Positions 29,582-40,473 of a stretch of 64,000 nt of DNA are shown one piece after another. Under the pieces are notes generated by a model that was given only the letters and a program-made list of their open reading frames with translations, made no database searches and was not told the origin of the DNA. The position numbers and the translations under genes are program-made. The stretch lies in NCBI GenBank assembly GCA_902582695.1, contig CACHTH010000005.1:4955-68954 (forward strand), written 5' to 3'. This DNA is from an uncultured Candidatus Actinomarina sp. GTDB taxonomy: Bacteria; Actinomycetota; Acidimicrobiia; Actinomarinales; Actinomarinaceae. Position 1 is the stretch's first letter, and every line of letters starts with the position of its first letter.

Positions 29582-30042
29582 TGTACACTCCTGACAATAT
29601 CTTCACAACAACTATTGATAAAGCTGTCAGATGGTCAAGGACTCAGTCAATGTGGCCAGTCACATTTGGACTTGCATGCTGTGCAATAGAAATGATGGCT
29701 GCTGGAAGTGCTAAGTATGATCTAGCAAGATATGGAATGGAAGTTTTTAGAGCATCACCTCGACAAGCAGACTTGATGATTGTAGCTGGAAGAGTATCTC
29801 AAAAAATGGCACCAGTGCTAAGACAAGTTTATGATCAAATGGCTGATCCTAAATGGGTAATCGCTATGGGCGCTTGCTCTTCAACTGGTGGAATGTTTAA
29901 CAACTATGCTTTAGTTCAGGGTGTAGACCACATAGTTCCAGTTGATATTTATGTTCCCGGATGTCCACCAGGACCACAGTCTCTTATGCACGGAATTTTA
30001 ACTTTACACGACAAAATAATGGATGGAGAGATAAATAGATGA
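29581..30042 (+). CDS. nuoB: NADH-quinone oxidoreductase subunit B
   Basis: [31 protein letters not shown] and VPGCPPGP supply the four Cys of cluster N2. It is short, at 153 aa. Confidence 0.93.
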   Translation: MYTPDNIFTTTIDKAVRWSRTQSMWPVTFGLACCAIEMMAAGSAKYDLARYGMEVFRASPRQADLMIVAGRVSQKMAPVLRQVYDQMADPKWVIAMGACSSTGGMFNNYALVQGVDHIVPVDIYVPGCPPGPQSLMHGILTLHDKIMDGEINR

Positions 30043-30452
30043 ACCCTGAAATTATTAGTACCTCAACAGAAGAATATAAAGAACTAATCGAATCCATAAA
30101 AAAAGATGGATATGAAATGATGGTAGACCTCACAGTAGTTGATTGGTTTAGAAAAAAAGAACCTAGATTTGAAATAGTTGTACAATTTTTATCAACTTCA
30201 AAAAATTCACGTAAGACAGTAAAAGTATTCGTTAATGATGAAGATTTAACAATACCTTCAATAACTGACATATACCCTAGTGCAAATTTTTACGAAAGAG
30301 AAGCCTATGACATGTTCGGTATCGTTTTTGAAGACCATCCAGACCTAACAAGAATATTAATGCCTGATGATTGGGAAGGACATCCATTAAGAAAAAATTA
30401 TGGATCTGGAAGAATACCAGTCCAGTTTAAAAATGCGCCAAAGGTTGATTAA
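30039..30452 (+). CDS. nuoC: NADH-quinone oxidoreductase subunit C
   Basis: [37 protein letters not shown] is present. It is unusually short, at 137 aa. Confidence 0.88.
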   Translation: MNPEIISTSTEEYKELIESIKKDGYEMMVDLTVVDWFRKKEPRFEIVVQFLSTSKNSRKTVKVFVNDEDLTIPSITDIYPSANFYEREAYDMFGIVFEDHPDLTRILMPDDWEGHPLRKNYGSGRIPVQFKNAPKVD

Positions 30453-31829
30453 GTGAAAAATAATAAAATTAAAAAAAGTAAGCTTAGTAATTTCAAAAAT
30501 AAATTAGATTTTTGGGCTACAAATTCAGAAGAAGGTGGCTGGAATATATCTTCAACTGACGAAGGTTCTCAAAAAATGCTTGAAAACGAAAATGAAAAGC
30601 AAATAAAAATTCAGACAGGAACTGAAGTAGTTGATGATTTTGTTATTGATGAGGACACTTCTGACGATGAAAGAATGATTGTAAATATGGGACCTCAGCA
30701 TCCTTCAACTCATGGTGTTTTAAGACTTCAGGCAGAGCTTGAAGGAGAGGTTGTAAGGCGTGTTAAGCCAATTATTGGATATTTACATACAGGTATGGAA
30801 AAAACTGGTGAAGAATTAAATTATTTTCAAGGTCCAACTAACACAACAAGAATGGACTATCTTTCTCCCTTATTTAACGAGTTAGTTTTCTCTCTCACAA
30901 CTGAAAAACTTATTGGTATTGAAGTGCCTAAAAGGGCAGAAACAATAAGAATTTTGATGACCGAACTTAATAGGGTTTCGTCACATTTAGTTGCTCTTGC
31001 AACTGGCGGAATGGATATAGGAGCTTTATCCATGATGATTTTTGGCTTCAGAGAAAGAGAGTTAATTTTAAATTTCTTTGAAAAAACAACAGGGCTAAGA
31101 ATGAACCATAACTATATAAGGCCTGGTGGAGTAGCAGCAGATTTACCTGATGGATGGCAAAAAGATGTCGAAGAAATTTTAAAAATAATACCTGAAAAGC
31201 TACAAGATTATGACGACATGCTCCTAGACAATCCTATTTGGAAAGGAAGGTTACAAAATGTTGGAATCCTCACAACAGAGGAGTGCTTTGCTTATGGCGT
31301 AACTGGACCAAGCTTAAGAGCTTCTGGGTATTCTTGGGATTTAAGAAAGTCTCAACCTTACTCGGGAATAGAAAATTATGAATTTGATGTTCCAACATTA
31401 ACTGAAGGAGACGTGTTTGCTAGATGGAGAGTAAAAGTATTAGAAATATTTGAAAGTCTAAAAATCATTGAACAAGCAATGAACAATATGCCAAAAGGCC
31501 CTTATAAAGTACAAGATAAAAAAATTACACCACCCCCACGCAAAAGATTAGATGAATCAATGGAAGCTCTAATTCATCATTTTAAAATTTATACGGAGGG
31601 TTTTAAAGTCCCAGAGGGCGATGCATATGTTGCCGTTGAGTCACCCAGAGGAGAGCTAGGTTGTTACATAGTTTCCGATGGTTCAGCAAAGCCTTATAGA
31701 ATGCATGTCAGAGGGCCTTCTTTTTGTAATCTTCAAGCACTTCCTGTCATTATGACTGATAGTCCAATTGCAGATGCTGTTGCTGCAATAGCTTCCTTAG
31801 ATCCCGTGATAGGAGATGTAGATAGATGA
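30453..31829 (+). CDS. nuoD: NADH-quinone oxidoreductase subunit D
   Basis: GTG start. NMGPQHPSTHGVLRL is present and the C-terminus ends GDVDR. About 75 aa of low-complexity sequence precede the core. Length is 458 aa. Confidence 0.92.
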   Translation: MKNNKIKKSKLSNFKNKLDFWATNSEEGGWNISSTDEGSQKMLENENEKQIKIQTGTEVVDDFVIDEDTSDDERMIVNMGPQHPSTHGVLRLQAELEGEVVRRVKPIIGYLHTGMEKTGEELNYFQGPTNTTRMDYLSPLFNELVFSLTTEKLIGIEVPKRAETIRILMTELNRVSSHLVALATGGMDIGALSMMIFGFRERELILNFFEKTTGLRMNHNYIRPGGVAADLPDGWQKDVEEILKIIPEKLQDYDDMLLDNPIWKGRLQNVGILTTEECFAYGVTGPSLRASGYSWDLRKSQPYSGIENYEFDVPTLTEGDVFARWRVKVLEIFESLKIIEQAMNNMPKGPYKVQDKKITPPPRKRLDESMEALIHHFKIYTEGFKVPEGDAYVAVESPRGELGCYIVSDGSAKPYRMHVRGPSFCNLQALPVIMTDSPIADAVAAIASLDPVIGDVDR

Positions 31830-32440
31830 GTTGGGATGATAAATTATTAAAACAGGCAAAAAAAATAATTAAGCTCTATCCTCAAAAAAGATCTGCACTA
31901 GGTCCTCTTTTGCATTTAGCACAAAGTAAGGATGGCTATATTTCTGATGACTCCATAACTGTGATAAGTGAATTAGTAGGTATAACAGAAGTACAAGTGA
32001 AATCAGTTTCAACGTTTTACTCAATGTACAAACAAGAACCTACTGGAAAGTACTTATTAAGTGTTTGTAAATCAATATCATGTGAGATCAATAATTCAAG
32101 CGAAGTAATAAATAAAGTTCAAGAATTTACGGGCTTAAATAATAATGAAACTGATGAAGAAGAATTATTCACCTTTGAGGCTGTGGAATGCATTGGTGCT
32201 TGCGGTGGAGCTCCAGCAGTACAAGTCAATTATGAGACAGTTGAGGGTGTGACTCCTGAAAATGCAATAAGTTTGTGCAAATGGTTAAAAGAAACAAAAC
32301 CAGATGTTGTTGTAGCTGATGAAATGCAAGAAAATTTCGGAGGTATAAAATCTTTTGATTGGGCTATTCAAGATAACTCTGGTGCTACCTCTACAGCTCC
32401 AGGCTTTCAAACTTTAAAGACAACTAAGGTAAAAAAATGA
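31826..32440 (+). CDS. nuoE: NADH-quinone oxidoreductase subunit E
   Basis: The 2Fe-2S ligand pattern is present (SVCKSISCE ... ECIGACGGAPAVQVN). Length is 204 aa. Confidence 0.9.
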   Translation: MSWDDKLLKQAKKIIKLYPQKRSALGPLLHLAQSKDGYISDDSITVISELVGITEVQVKSVSTFYSMYKQEPTGKYLLSVCKSISCEINNSSEVINKVQEFTGLNNNETDEEELFTFEAVECIGACGGAPAVQVNYETVEGVTPENAISLCKWLKETKPDVVVADEMQENFGGIKSFDWAIQDNSGATSTAPGFQTLKTTKVKK

Positions 32441-33726
32441 AAGAAACCATTCTTCTTACAAAACACATGCGAGATAATCCAGAAGATAGCCATCTAATTG
32501 ATAGTTATGAAAAGAACAATGGGTACTCGACTGCAAAAAAAACAATATTAGAAAGCTCTCCTGAAAAAATATTAGAAGAAATTAAGGCATCAAATATAAG
32601 AGGAAGAGGTGGTGCAGGGTTCCCAACTGGAGTTAAGTGGGGATTTTTGGCTGAAGATGAAGATCGATACTTAGTAATTAATGCAGATGAGTCAGAACCA
32701 GGTACATTCAAGGATAGGATTTTACTGGAAAGAGATCCTCACCAACTTATTGAGGGCATTATCATTACATGTTTTTCAGCAAACATTAAAGAAGCTTTCA
32801 TATACATAAGAGGAGAGTATGCGAAGCCTGCTAGAAGAGTTCAGCAAGCAGTTGAACAAGCATATCAAAAAGGATATTTGGGAAAGAATATTTTTGGTTC
32901 TGAGATCAATCTTGACATAGTTGTCCACCTAGGAGCAGGGGCGTATATATGTGGTGAAGAAACTGCACTGCTTAATTCACTCGAAGGCAGAAGAGGAGAG
33001 CCAAGACTAAAACCTCCTTACTTCCCAGCAGTAAAAGGTTTATACATGAAACCAACTTTGGTAAATAACGTTGAAACAATTTCCTCTGTACCTTGGATAA
33101 TTGAGAATGGTGGCGAAGAGTACAACAAGTTGGGAGTTGAAGGCTCTACAGGTACTAGGATTTTTAGTTTGTCTGGACATGTAAATAACCCAGGAAACTA
33201 TGAAATCGAAATGGGCAGTTCTTTTGGTGAATTTGTAGAAACACTTGGTGGAGGTATAAGAAATAATAAAAAAGTCAAAGCTTATATACCTGGAGGTGCT
33301 TCTGCACCATGGTTTAGAGGAGATCAGCTAGACATAAAAATGACAATTGATGATGTAGCTAACAACAATTCAATGCTTGGCTCAGGTGCTGTGGTAATGA
33401 TGGACGAAGATACCAATCTTGTAAGTGCGGCAAAAAGCATAGTCAGTTTTTTTGCACATGAATCATGTGGTCAATGCACTCCATGTCGTGAAGGAACAAC
33501 GTGGCTTGAAATGATACTAGATAGGATAGCTAGTGGTAGAGGAAGAACTTCTGATATGAATTTACTACTTGATGTTTGCGACAACATCTCACCAGGCTTG
33601 TCATGGCCGCCTAAAATGACCACAATTTGCCCCCTTGGTCCATCTGCAGTTTCTCCAATTACTTCACTAATGAATGATTTTAGAGATGAGGTAGAGAGTT
33701 TAATTCCTACGAAAGTTCTTTTATGA
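32437..33726 (+). CDS. nuoF: NADH-quinone oxidoreductase subunit F
   Basis: GRGGAGFPTGVKW (FMN/NADH site) and ESCGQCTPCREG (cluster N3) are present. Length is 429 aa. Confidence 0.94.
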   Translation: MKETILLTKHMRDNPEDSHLIDSYEKNNGYSTAKKTILESSPEKILEEIKASNIRGRGGAGFPTGVKWGFLAEDEDRYLVINADESEPGTFKDRILLERDPHQLIEGIIITCFSANIKEAFIYIRGEYAKPARRVQQAVEQAYQKGYLGKNIFGSEINLDIVVHLGAGAYICGEETALLNSLEGRRGEPRLKPPYFPAVKGLYMKPTLVNNVETISSVPWIIENGGEEYNKLGVEGSTGTRIFSLSGHVNNPGNYEIEMGSSFGEFVETLGGGIRNNKKVKAYIPGGASAPWFRGDQLDIKMTIDDVANNNSMLGSGAVVMMDEDTNLVSAAKSIVSFFAHESCGQCTPCREGTTWLEMILDRIASGRGRTSDMNLLLDVCDNISPGLSWPPKMTTICPLGPSAVSPITSLMNDFRDEVESLIPTKVLL

Positions 33727-36035
33727 GTGAAAAAGTTAATTTAAATGTTAACGGTATAGAAATTGAGTCTGATCCTAATAAGTTATTAATTGAAGCATGT
33801 GAAGACTCTGGAATTCACATTCCAAGATTTTGTTGGCACAAACGCTTAGATCCCGTCGGCATGTGCAGAATGTGTCTAGTTGAAGTTGATACACCAAGAG
33901 GCAAAATGTTGGTGCCATCTTGCACAACTGAAGTTAGTGATGAAATGGTTGTTGATACAGAATCTGAAGTAGTAAAAAAAGCTCAAGAGGGAGTTCTTGA
34001 ATTTTTATTGATCAACCACCCTCTTGATTGTCCTATATGTGATAAAGCTGGAGAGTGTCCGCTTCAAGACCAAACAATGGCTTACGGCCCAGGAGAGAGT
34101 CGTTTTGTTGAGGAAAAAAGACATTTTGAAAAACCAATAAATATATCTGAAATAATATTGCTTGACCGAGAGAGGTGTATTTTATGTGCAAGATGTACAA
34201 GGTTCTCAGATGAAATTTCAGGTGATCCGTTAATTGAGTTTATCCAAAGAGGAAATAAAACAGAAGTTAATACTTTTCCAAATGAACCTTTTAAGTCATA
34301 CTTTTCAGGTAATACTGTTCAGATTTGTCCAGTTGGTGCTTTAACTTCTACATCTTATAGGTTTAAAGCAAGGCCTTGGGACCTAAAATCTACTAGATCA
34401 ACTTGCAACGGTTGTTCTATGGGTTGTTCAATAGAATTAAATTCATCACAAAATAAGATGTTAAGAATTCTTGGTGTTGATAATGACGCTGTTAATCAAG
34501 GATGGTTATGCGATAAAGGTCGATACAATTTTGAGTATTTGAATTCTGATTCAAGATTAAAAACACCCCTTAAAAAGATTGATAATGAATTAGTAGAAAT
34601 CGAAATTCAGGACGTATATTCTGAACTTTCAGAAATTATAAAAGACAGACAAACAAAAGTTAACTTTTTACTTGGTTCAAATTTAACAAACGAAGATTAT
34701 GTTGCATTTAGAGAATTTTCAGAGACTATTTCTCAATCTGAAAAAAGTTTTTATTTAAATGATGACATGTTGCACCCAGGACTTTTTGGTGAAAATGTAG
34801 AATTAGCTAAAATTGACGATTTAAACTCGTCTGACGCAATAGTTGTGTGGGCTGAAGATTTGAAAGAAAAAATTCCCGTTCTTTATTTAAGAATTCGCCA
34901 GGCAGTAAAAAATGGAGTTAAGTTAGTTGTTTTTGGCCATACGAATGAGACCTTAAGTGACATCGCACACGTATTTTATGGTAAAGAAATAGTCTCAGAA
35001 AATTTTGAAATAGTAAAAGATATTTCGAAATTGAAAGAAATTAAAGATTTAGTAATAGGTAAAAATATTACAGCAATTTTGGGTAAATCCACGCCACATC
35101 AGTCTGATGAAAGTATCACAAAATTATTTGAATTCTTAAATTCAAATTCAAATTCAAAAGTACTAAATGCCTATTCAAAAGGCAATACTTATGGAGCCTT
35201 TCAAACTTTAAAAAATGTAAAAGGACTAAATGATTTTGTTAATGACATTTCAGAAGAAAACACTGACATATTATTTATTGTTGGTGCAGATCCTGTTGGC
35301 CGCTCTGTTTATTCAAATCAAATAAAATCAATTATCGAAGGCCTTGATACAGTTGTAGCATTAGACAATTTCAATCATGAAACTTCAGAACTGGCTAACT
35401 TTGTGATACCAATGAGTTCAACACTCGGTGAAAAAGAAGGTACTTTTACAAATATTGAATTTAGAACTTCTCGCATAGATAAACTTGTCCCATCTCCAGG
35501 GCAAACTGTTAGTGATTGGGAATTTATAACCAGTCTAATGAATTTTGCAGGACTAAGAGTTGAGACAAATAGCTTAGAGAGCCTTAATAAAAAAGCTTAT
35601 GAAAATCTTGACCCTTCTTCAAGTCCAGTGTTTGATAATTTAGATAAACCATCAAATTTAGATGGAATGGTAAATGTTTATAAACCTAAAATTTCTTCTT
35701 CGGATAATAATTCAAATGAGTCCAAATTTTTTACTGGAGAAAAACTTTATGGGGATTCTGCTACTGAAAGACATTCCGATAGCATTTCTCTATTAGGTTC
35801 CAAAAAATACATTGAAGTAAGTGAAAGTGTAGTTGAAAAATATAATTTAACTTCAGGTAAATGTACATTAATTCAAGATGAAATTGAAGTTGCAGTTAGT
35901 TATGGAGTTAATAAAAGTTTTCCTAATGACCTAATTTATATTCCAACAAATAGAAGGGAGTTAAATAAGTTTGACTTCTCAAGGGAAATTATGATCATAC
36001 CTAGTCAGGTGAAAGAAGCATTAAATGTCAACTGA
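33723..36035 (+). CDS. nuoG: NADH-quinone oxidoreductase subunit G
   Basis: CWHKRLDPVGMCRMCLVEV, HPLDCPICDKAGECPLQD and CILCARCTRF are present. A molybdopterin-oxidoreductase-like domain follows. Length is 770 aa. Confidence 0.92.
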   Translation: MSEKVNLNVNGIEIESDPNKLLIEACEDSGIHIPRFCWHKRLDPVGMCRMCLVEVDTPRGKMLVPSCTTEVSDEMVVDTESEVVKKAQEGVLEFLLINHPLDCPICDKAGECPLQDQTMAYGPGESRFVEEKRHFEKPINISEIILLDRERCILCARCTRFSDEISGDPLIEFIQRGNKTEVNTFPNEPFKSYFSGNTVQICPVGALTSTSYRFKARPWDLKSTRSTCNGCSMGCSIELNSSQNKMLRILGVDNDAVNQGWLCDKGRYNFEYLNSDSRLKTPLKKIDNELVEIEIQDVYSELSEIIKDRQTKVNFLLGSNLTNEDYVAFREFSETISQSEKSFYLNDDMLHPGLFGENVELAKIDDLNSSDAIVVWAEDLKEKIPVLYLRIRQAVKNGVKLVVFGHTNETLSDIAHVFYGKEIVSENFEIVKDISKLKEIKDLVIGKNITAILGKSTPHQSDESITKLFEFLNSNSNSKVLNAYSKGNTYGAFQTLKNVKGLNDFVNDISEENTDILFIVGADPVGRSVYSNQIKSIIEGLDTVVALDNFNHETSELANFVIPMSSTLGEKEGTFTNIEFRTSRIDKLVPSPGQTVSDWEFITSLMNFAGLRVETNSLESLNKKAYENLDPSSSPVFDNLDKPSNLDGMVNVYKPKISSSDNNSNESKFFTGEKLYGDSATERHSDSISLLGSKKYIEVSESVVEKYNLTSGKCTLIQDEIEVAVSYGVNKSFPNDLIYIPTNRRELNKFDFSREIMIIPSQVKEALNVN

Positions 36036-37122
36036 ATTAATAATTGCATTAATTAAATCAAATATTGTTTTGGCTGTTTTGTTGACTAACACAATATTGT
36101 TGATATGGCTTGAAAGAAAATTAGTTGCTGGAATGCAGTCTAGAGTGGGGCCTGATAGAGCTGGTCCTTTTGGGATTTTACAAACTGTAGCAGATGCAAT
36201 TAAATTATTATTAAAAGAGCAAATCATGCCTCTAAAAGCTGATAGAGCAATGTATTTGTTGGCGCCAATAATTGCATTGGTACCATCATTTTTAATTTTC
36301 ATGATCATTCCATTGGGTCCGGACTTAAACATTGAAATTGGTGGTAAAGATTATATTGTTGATTTTGTTGGTGCAGACTTAAATGTAGGTGTTCTTTATT
36401 TCTTAGCTTTGTCATCAATTGCTGTATATAGTGTAGTTTTAGCTGGGTGGTCTTCTGGATCTAAATACCCACTTCTCGGCGGTGTTAGAGCATCCGCACA
36501 AATGATATCTTACGAGGCAGCTATGGGATTATCTTTAGTACCAGTAATCTTATATTCTGGTTCACTATCACTTGTAGATATAGTTAGTAGCCAATCCGGA
36601 AACTTATCGACAACAATTCCGATTCTTAGCTCAATTGTTTCATTTATTCCTAAATGGAATATTTTTCCTCAATTTATTGCATTTGGAATATTTTTCATAG
36701 CTGCTGTAGCTGAAGTAAACAGAGCCCCTTTTGACTTAGTCGAAGCAGAACAAGAATTGGTCGGAGGGTTTCATACAGAATACTCGGGATTCAGGTTTGC
36801 TATGTTTTTCTTGGCGGAATATATAAATATGTTCAACATGTGTGCAATTACTGCAACCTTTTTTCTAGGTGGGTGGCTTGGTCCTACTTTTGAGGGGATT
36901 TTGCCTCCAATAATATCTGCAATTATGCCAATAATTTGGTTAGGAGTTAAAACGTTTGCACTTTTATTCATATTTGTTTGGATAAGAGCCACATTACCAA
37001 GGCTTAGATATGATCAGTTGATGGAGCTTGGGTGGAAAAGGCTTATACCGGCATCTCTAGTTTGGCTTATTTTGTCCGCTATTGTTCTAGGATTAAGAGA
37101 GTTTGGTTTACCTTGGAGCTAA
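36025..37122 (+). CDS. nuoH: NADH-quinone oxidoreductase subunit H
   Basis: ERKLVAGMQSRVGP and EYSGFRFAMFFLAEYINM are present. A multi-TM protein of 365 aa. Confidence 0.93.
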   Translation: MSTELIIALIKSNIVLAVLLTNTILLIWLERKLVAGMQSRVGPDRAGPFGILQTVADAIKLLLKEQIMPLKADRAMYLLAPIIALVPSFLIFMIIPLGPDLNIEIGGKDYIVDFVGADLNVGVLYFLALSSIAVYSVVLAGWSSGSKYPLLGGVRASAQMISYEAAMGLSLVPVILYSGSLSLVDIVSSQSGNLSTTIPILSSIVSFIPKWNIFPQFIAFGIFFIAAVAEVNRAPFDLVEAEQELVGGFHTEYSGFRFAMFFLAEYINMFNMCAITATFFLGGWLGPTFEGILPPIISAIMPIIWLGVKTFALLFIFVWIRATLPRLRYDQLMELGWKRLIPASLVWLILSAIVLGLREFGLPWS

Positions 37123-37125
37123 GTT

Positions 37126-37740
37126 ATGAGTGACAGTTTTGGTTTAATAAAAGGATTGAAAGTAACTTTCAAAGAATTATTTAGAAAGTCAGTTACCGAC
37201 AAATATCCAAAAGAATTTAGAGAAAAGCCCCAAAGATTTCATGGTCGTCATGTTTTAAATAAGTATGAAGACGGCATGGAAAAGTGTATAGGTTGTGAGC
37301 TATGTGCAGGAGTTTGTCCAGCACAATGCATTTATGTTCGAGGAGAGGATAATCCAGAAGAGAACCCTGTAAGCCCAGGGGAGAGATACGGATTTATTTA
37401 TGAAATCAATATGCTCAGGTGTATTTACTGTGCGTTATGTGTGGAAGCCTGCCCAACTGAAGCAATCACTATGACTTCTCTTTTTGAGATGAGTGTTGCT
37501 AATAGGTCCGAGGCAATATTTGACAAAGAGGTATTAGTTGTAAAAGATGATGGAACTCCTAACACCCATGAGGAACAAACTAAGCTTACTAATTTTGATG
37601 ATTTGAATACATCTGATGGATGGATGAGAGCAACCTCTCCTAATGGAAATCCAAATTTTCAAAATGTTGTAAATTGGTCAGGTTCACTTGGAGTAGGAAA
37701 GAAACCTCCTGAAGAAGGACAGACATTGGAGGAAGAGTAA
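37126..37740 (+). CDS. nuoI: NADH-quinone oxidoreductase subunit I
   Basis: Two 4Fe-4S motifs are present: CIGCELCAGVCP and CIYCALCVEACP. Length is 204 aa. Confidence 0.93.
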   Translation: MSDSFGLIKGLKVTFKELFRKSVTDKYPKEFREKPQRFHGRHVLNKYEDGMEKCIGCELCAGVCPAQCIYVRGEDNPEENPVSPGERYGFIYEINMLRCIYCALCVEACPTEAITMTSLFEMSVANRSEAIFDKEVLVVKDDGTPNTHEEQTKLTNFDDLNTSDGWMRATSPNGNPNFQNVVNWSGSLGVGKKPPEEGQTLEEE

Positions 37741-37741
37741 G

Positions 37742-38269
37742 TTGGTTGAGGCGCTTTTATTCTTCGCTCCAGCAAGTCTCATTATCATAGGCGCACTCAT
37801 TGTTATATTTGCCAAAAACCCTGTACATAATGCTATGGGTTTAGTTATGACACTGGTTTCCTTAGCAATAATCTATATAACTTTAAATGCAACTTTTGTT
37901 GCAATGGTTCAAATGTTAGTTTATGCAGGAGCAGTTATGACTCTATTTTTGTTTGTGATAATGATGATTGGGGTAGATAAAAAAGAACAAACTACTGACT
38001 CTATTAAAGGTCAAACATTTTTAGTGAGTGGAGTATTTTTAATTCTCATTTCCCTTTTAGCATATGTTGCAATAAGTTCAGACTTCAAGTGGGATCTCTG
38101 GTTCCCACCTGTTGAGTTTGATGCAGAAGGTACACCACAATTAATTGCAGGCGCACTTTTTACAGAGTGGATATTTCCATTTGAAATCATTTCTTTACTT
38201 CTTATTGTTGCCACCGCTGCAGCTATAGCTTTAGCTTATGATACTAAGAAACGAAATACTAATGCTTGA
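37742..38269 (+). CDS. nuoJ: NADH-quinone oxidoreductase subunit J
   Basis: TTG start. A 5-TM protein with [18 protein letters not shown]. Length is 175 aa, in the expected operon position. Confidence 0.88.
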   Translation: MVEALLFFAPASLIIIGALIVIFAKNPVHNAMGLVMTLVSLAIIYITLNATFVAMVQMLVYAGAVMTLFLFVIMMIGVDKKEQTTDSIKGQTFLVSGVFLILISLLAYVAISSDFKWDLWFPPVEFDAEGTPQLIAGALFTEWIFPFEIISLLLIVATAAAIALAYDTKKRNTNA

Positions 38270-38570
38270 AGTAACTACCGATTGGTATCTTACACTTGCA
38301 GCGATTCTCTTTTCAATAGGGTTTCTAGGAATGATGATTAGAAAAAATGCTCTCATTATGTTTATGTGTATTGAATTAATGCTCAACGCAGTAAACCTAA
38401 CTTTTATTTCTGCATCAAAACATTTTGGACAGGTTGATGGTCAAGTCTTTGTATTTTTTGTTCTTGTAGTAGCAGCAGCTGAAGTAGTAGTTGGCCTTGC
38501 GATTATTGTTTCTATATTTAGAAAGCAGTCATCTGCATCAGTAGATGTATTGAATGTATCAAGAGGTTAA
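38262..38570 (+). CDS. nuoK: NADH-quinone oxidoreductase subunit K
   Basis: I preferred ATG 38262 (8-nt overlap with nuoJ) to the longer ORF-track start 38238. A 3-TM protein with [11 protein letters not shown] and [11 protein letters not shown]. Confidence 0.88.
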   Translation: MLEVTTDWYLTLAAILFSIGFLGMMIRKNALIMFMCIELMLNAVNLTFISASKHFGQVDGQVFVFFVLVVAAAEVVVGLAIIVSIFRKQSSASVDVLNVSRG

Positions 38571-40473
38571 ATTGGAATTAATTTTTCTTCTCCCAATCTT
38601 TCTACCTTTTTTAACTGCTATCTTCCTTTTTCTAAACAAAAAATTATTTAATGAATTAATCACAAACTTTTTTACTTTAAATAGTGCACTCTTGTCATTT
38701 GCAATTGCAGCTTATTCATTCATTACCTTAGCGCTTGATAAATTTAAACCTGTAAACGTTGAGTTGTTTCAATGGATTTCTAATCCTGACATAAGCATTG
38801 GTTTTACTCTTGATGGACTATCTGGAATTATGCTGATCTTAGTAACTGGACTATCTTTTGTAATTCAACTTTTTTCTACTTCTTATATGGAAAAGGACGA
38901 AAATCATTGTAATTATTTTGTGTATTTTAACTTTTTTGTTTTTTCAATGTTACTTCTAGTCATGTCATCAAACTTCTTAGTGATGTTCTTTGGTTGGGAA
39001 TTAGTTGGTTTGAGTTCATATCTATTAATTTCATTTTGGTCTAAAAAACCAGCTGCTGCAAAAGCCGGTAATAAAGCATTTGTTATAAATAGAGTTGGGG
39101 ATTTTGGATTTTTAATTGGATTAATGATTATTTTAGATACTTTTAATACGTTTGATTTTTATAAAATTTTACAAAATACTACTGGAATAGCTGAGTCTAC
39201 TATTACCGCAATATCCCTCTTTTTATTGCTAGGTGCTTTTGGTAAATCCGCTCAATTCCCTCTTTTTAGTTGGCTTCCAGATGCCATGGAAGGTCCAACT
39301 CCTGCAAGCGCTCTTATTCACGCAGCCACAATGGTTACTGCAGGAGTGTTTATGCTTGTCAGGATATCTCCCTTATTACAACACTCAAAAATAGCTAGCT
39401 TATTGATTATAATTTTTGGACTTATAACGGCACTTCTTGCTGCATTTTCTGCCATAAATCAGTTTGATATCAAAAAGGTATTGGCATATTCAACAATTTC
39501 TCAGCTCGGATTTATGTTTATTGCAATTGGGGCAGGGGCTTATGTCGCTGCAATTTTTCATTTAGTCACTCATGCATTTTTTAAAGCACTTTTGTTTCTT
39601 GGCGCTGGTGCTGTTATTCACTCTATGCACCACGAACAGGATATCAGAAAAATGGGTGGACTTAGAAAAAAAATGCCAATTACTGCATCAATGATGGGAA
39701 TAGGAACTCTTGCAATATCAGGTATTCCTCCTCTTGCAGGTTTTTGGTCAAAAGATGAAATACTTGCTTCCGTTTTTGTAAATGGAGGTATTTATTATGT
39801 TTTTTGGGCTTTAGCATTAGGTGCGGCTTTTCTTACAGCATTCTATATGGGAAGACATTGGTTGCTAATTTTTGAAAAAGATAATGGTTTTGAACACTCA
39901 GATGTTGCTGAAGCACCAAAAGCAATGACGAGACCCCTGCTACTTTTAGGTATATTTTCTATATTTATTGGTTTTATAAATACACCATTTTTTCATGGTC
40001 TAGAAAAAGTTTTACACGTGACTTTAGAGAATGTTGAAGTAACGCATTTACCAAAGGGCATTACATTAGTTGTATTAGCAGTACTCTCTATTGGTGCTGG
40101 TTTCACAGGACTAATTATTGCTTTTCTCTTATTTGGAATGGAGCTTCATAAAAGAATTGACTTGAGAAAATTTAAACTTGAAAGTCCTATCAACCTAGTT
40201 AAAGATCTATCCTCAAATGTTTTATATTTAAATAAATTTGGTAATTTTTTCTTTGTCTCCGGCATGAAGAACCTTAGTCGCAAAGTAGCAGTTGTTGTTG
40301 ATGGAATGTTGATTGATGGATCTGTTAACTTTGTATCAACTGCATTTAATAAAAGTTCAAAAATTACATCTACAACTCAGACTGGTTTAGTGAGAAATTA
40401 TGTCGTTTATTTTGGTTTATTTTTACTACTTCTAATTGGATTGTTTATCGCTACATCATTGGTGCCAAGATGA
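38554..40473 (+). CDS. nuoL: NADH-quinone oxidoreductase subunit L
   Basis: [16 protein letters not shown] and [35 protein letters not shown] are present. Length is 639 aa. An alternative TTG start at 38572 follows AAGAGG. Confidence 0.92.
   Translation: MYQEVKLELIFLLPIFLPFLTAIFLFLNKKLFNELITNFFTLNSALLSFAIAAYSFITLALDKFKPVNVELFQWISNPDISIGFTLDGLSGIMLILVTGLSFVIQLFSTSYMEKDENHCNYFVYFNFFVFSMLLLVMSSNFLVMFFGWELVGLSSYLLISFWSKKPAAAKAGNKAFVINRVGDFGFLIGLMIILDTFNTFDFYKILQNTTGIAESTITAISLFLLLGAFGKSAQFPLFSWLPDAMEGPTPASALIHAATMVTAGVFMLVRISPLLQHSKIASLLIIIFGLITALLAAFSAINQFDIKKVLAYSTISQLGFMFIAIGAGAYVAAIFHLVTHAFFKALLFLGAGAVIHSMHHEQDIRKMGGLRKKMPITASMMGIGTLAISGIPPLAGFWSKDEILASVFVNGGIYYVFWALALGAAFLTAFYMGRHWLLIFEKDNGFEHSDVAEAPKAMTRPLLLLGIFSIFIGFINTPFFHGLEKVLHVTLENVEVTHLPKGITLVVLAVLSIGAGFTGLIIAFLLFGMELHKRIDLRKFKLESPINLVKDLSSNVLYLNKFGNFFFVSGMKNLSRKVAVVVDGMLIDGSVNFVSTAFNKSSKITSTTQTGLVRNYVVYFGLFLLLLIGLFIATSLVPR

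Noticed and set aside
35138-35155. The tandem hexamer (AAATTC)x3, considered as a possible repeat or CRISPR-like element.
   Set aside because: It lies in frame inside nuoG, where it encodes NSNSNS. There are only three units and no spacers, so it is a trivial coding microsatellite. I saw no CRISPR-like array anywhere.
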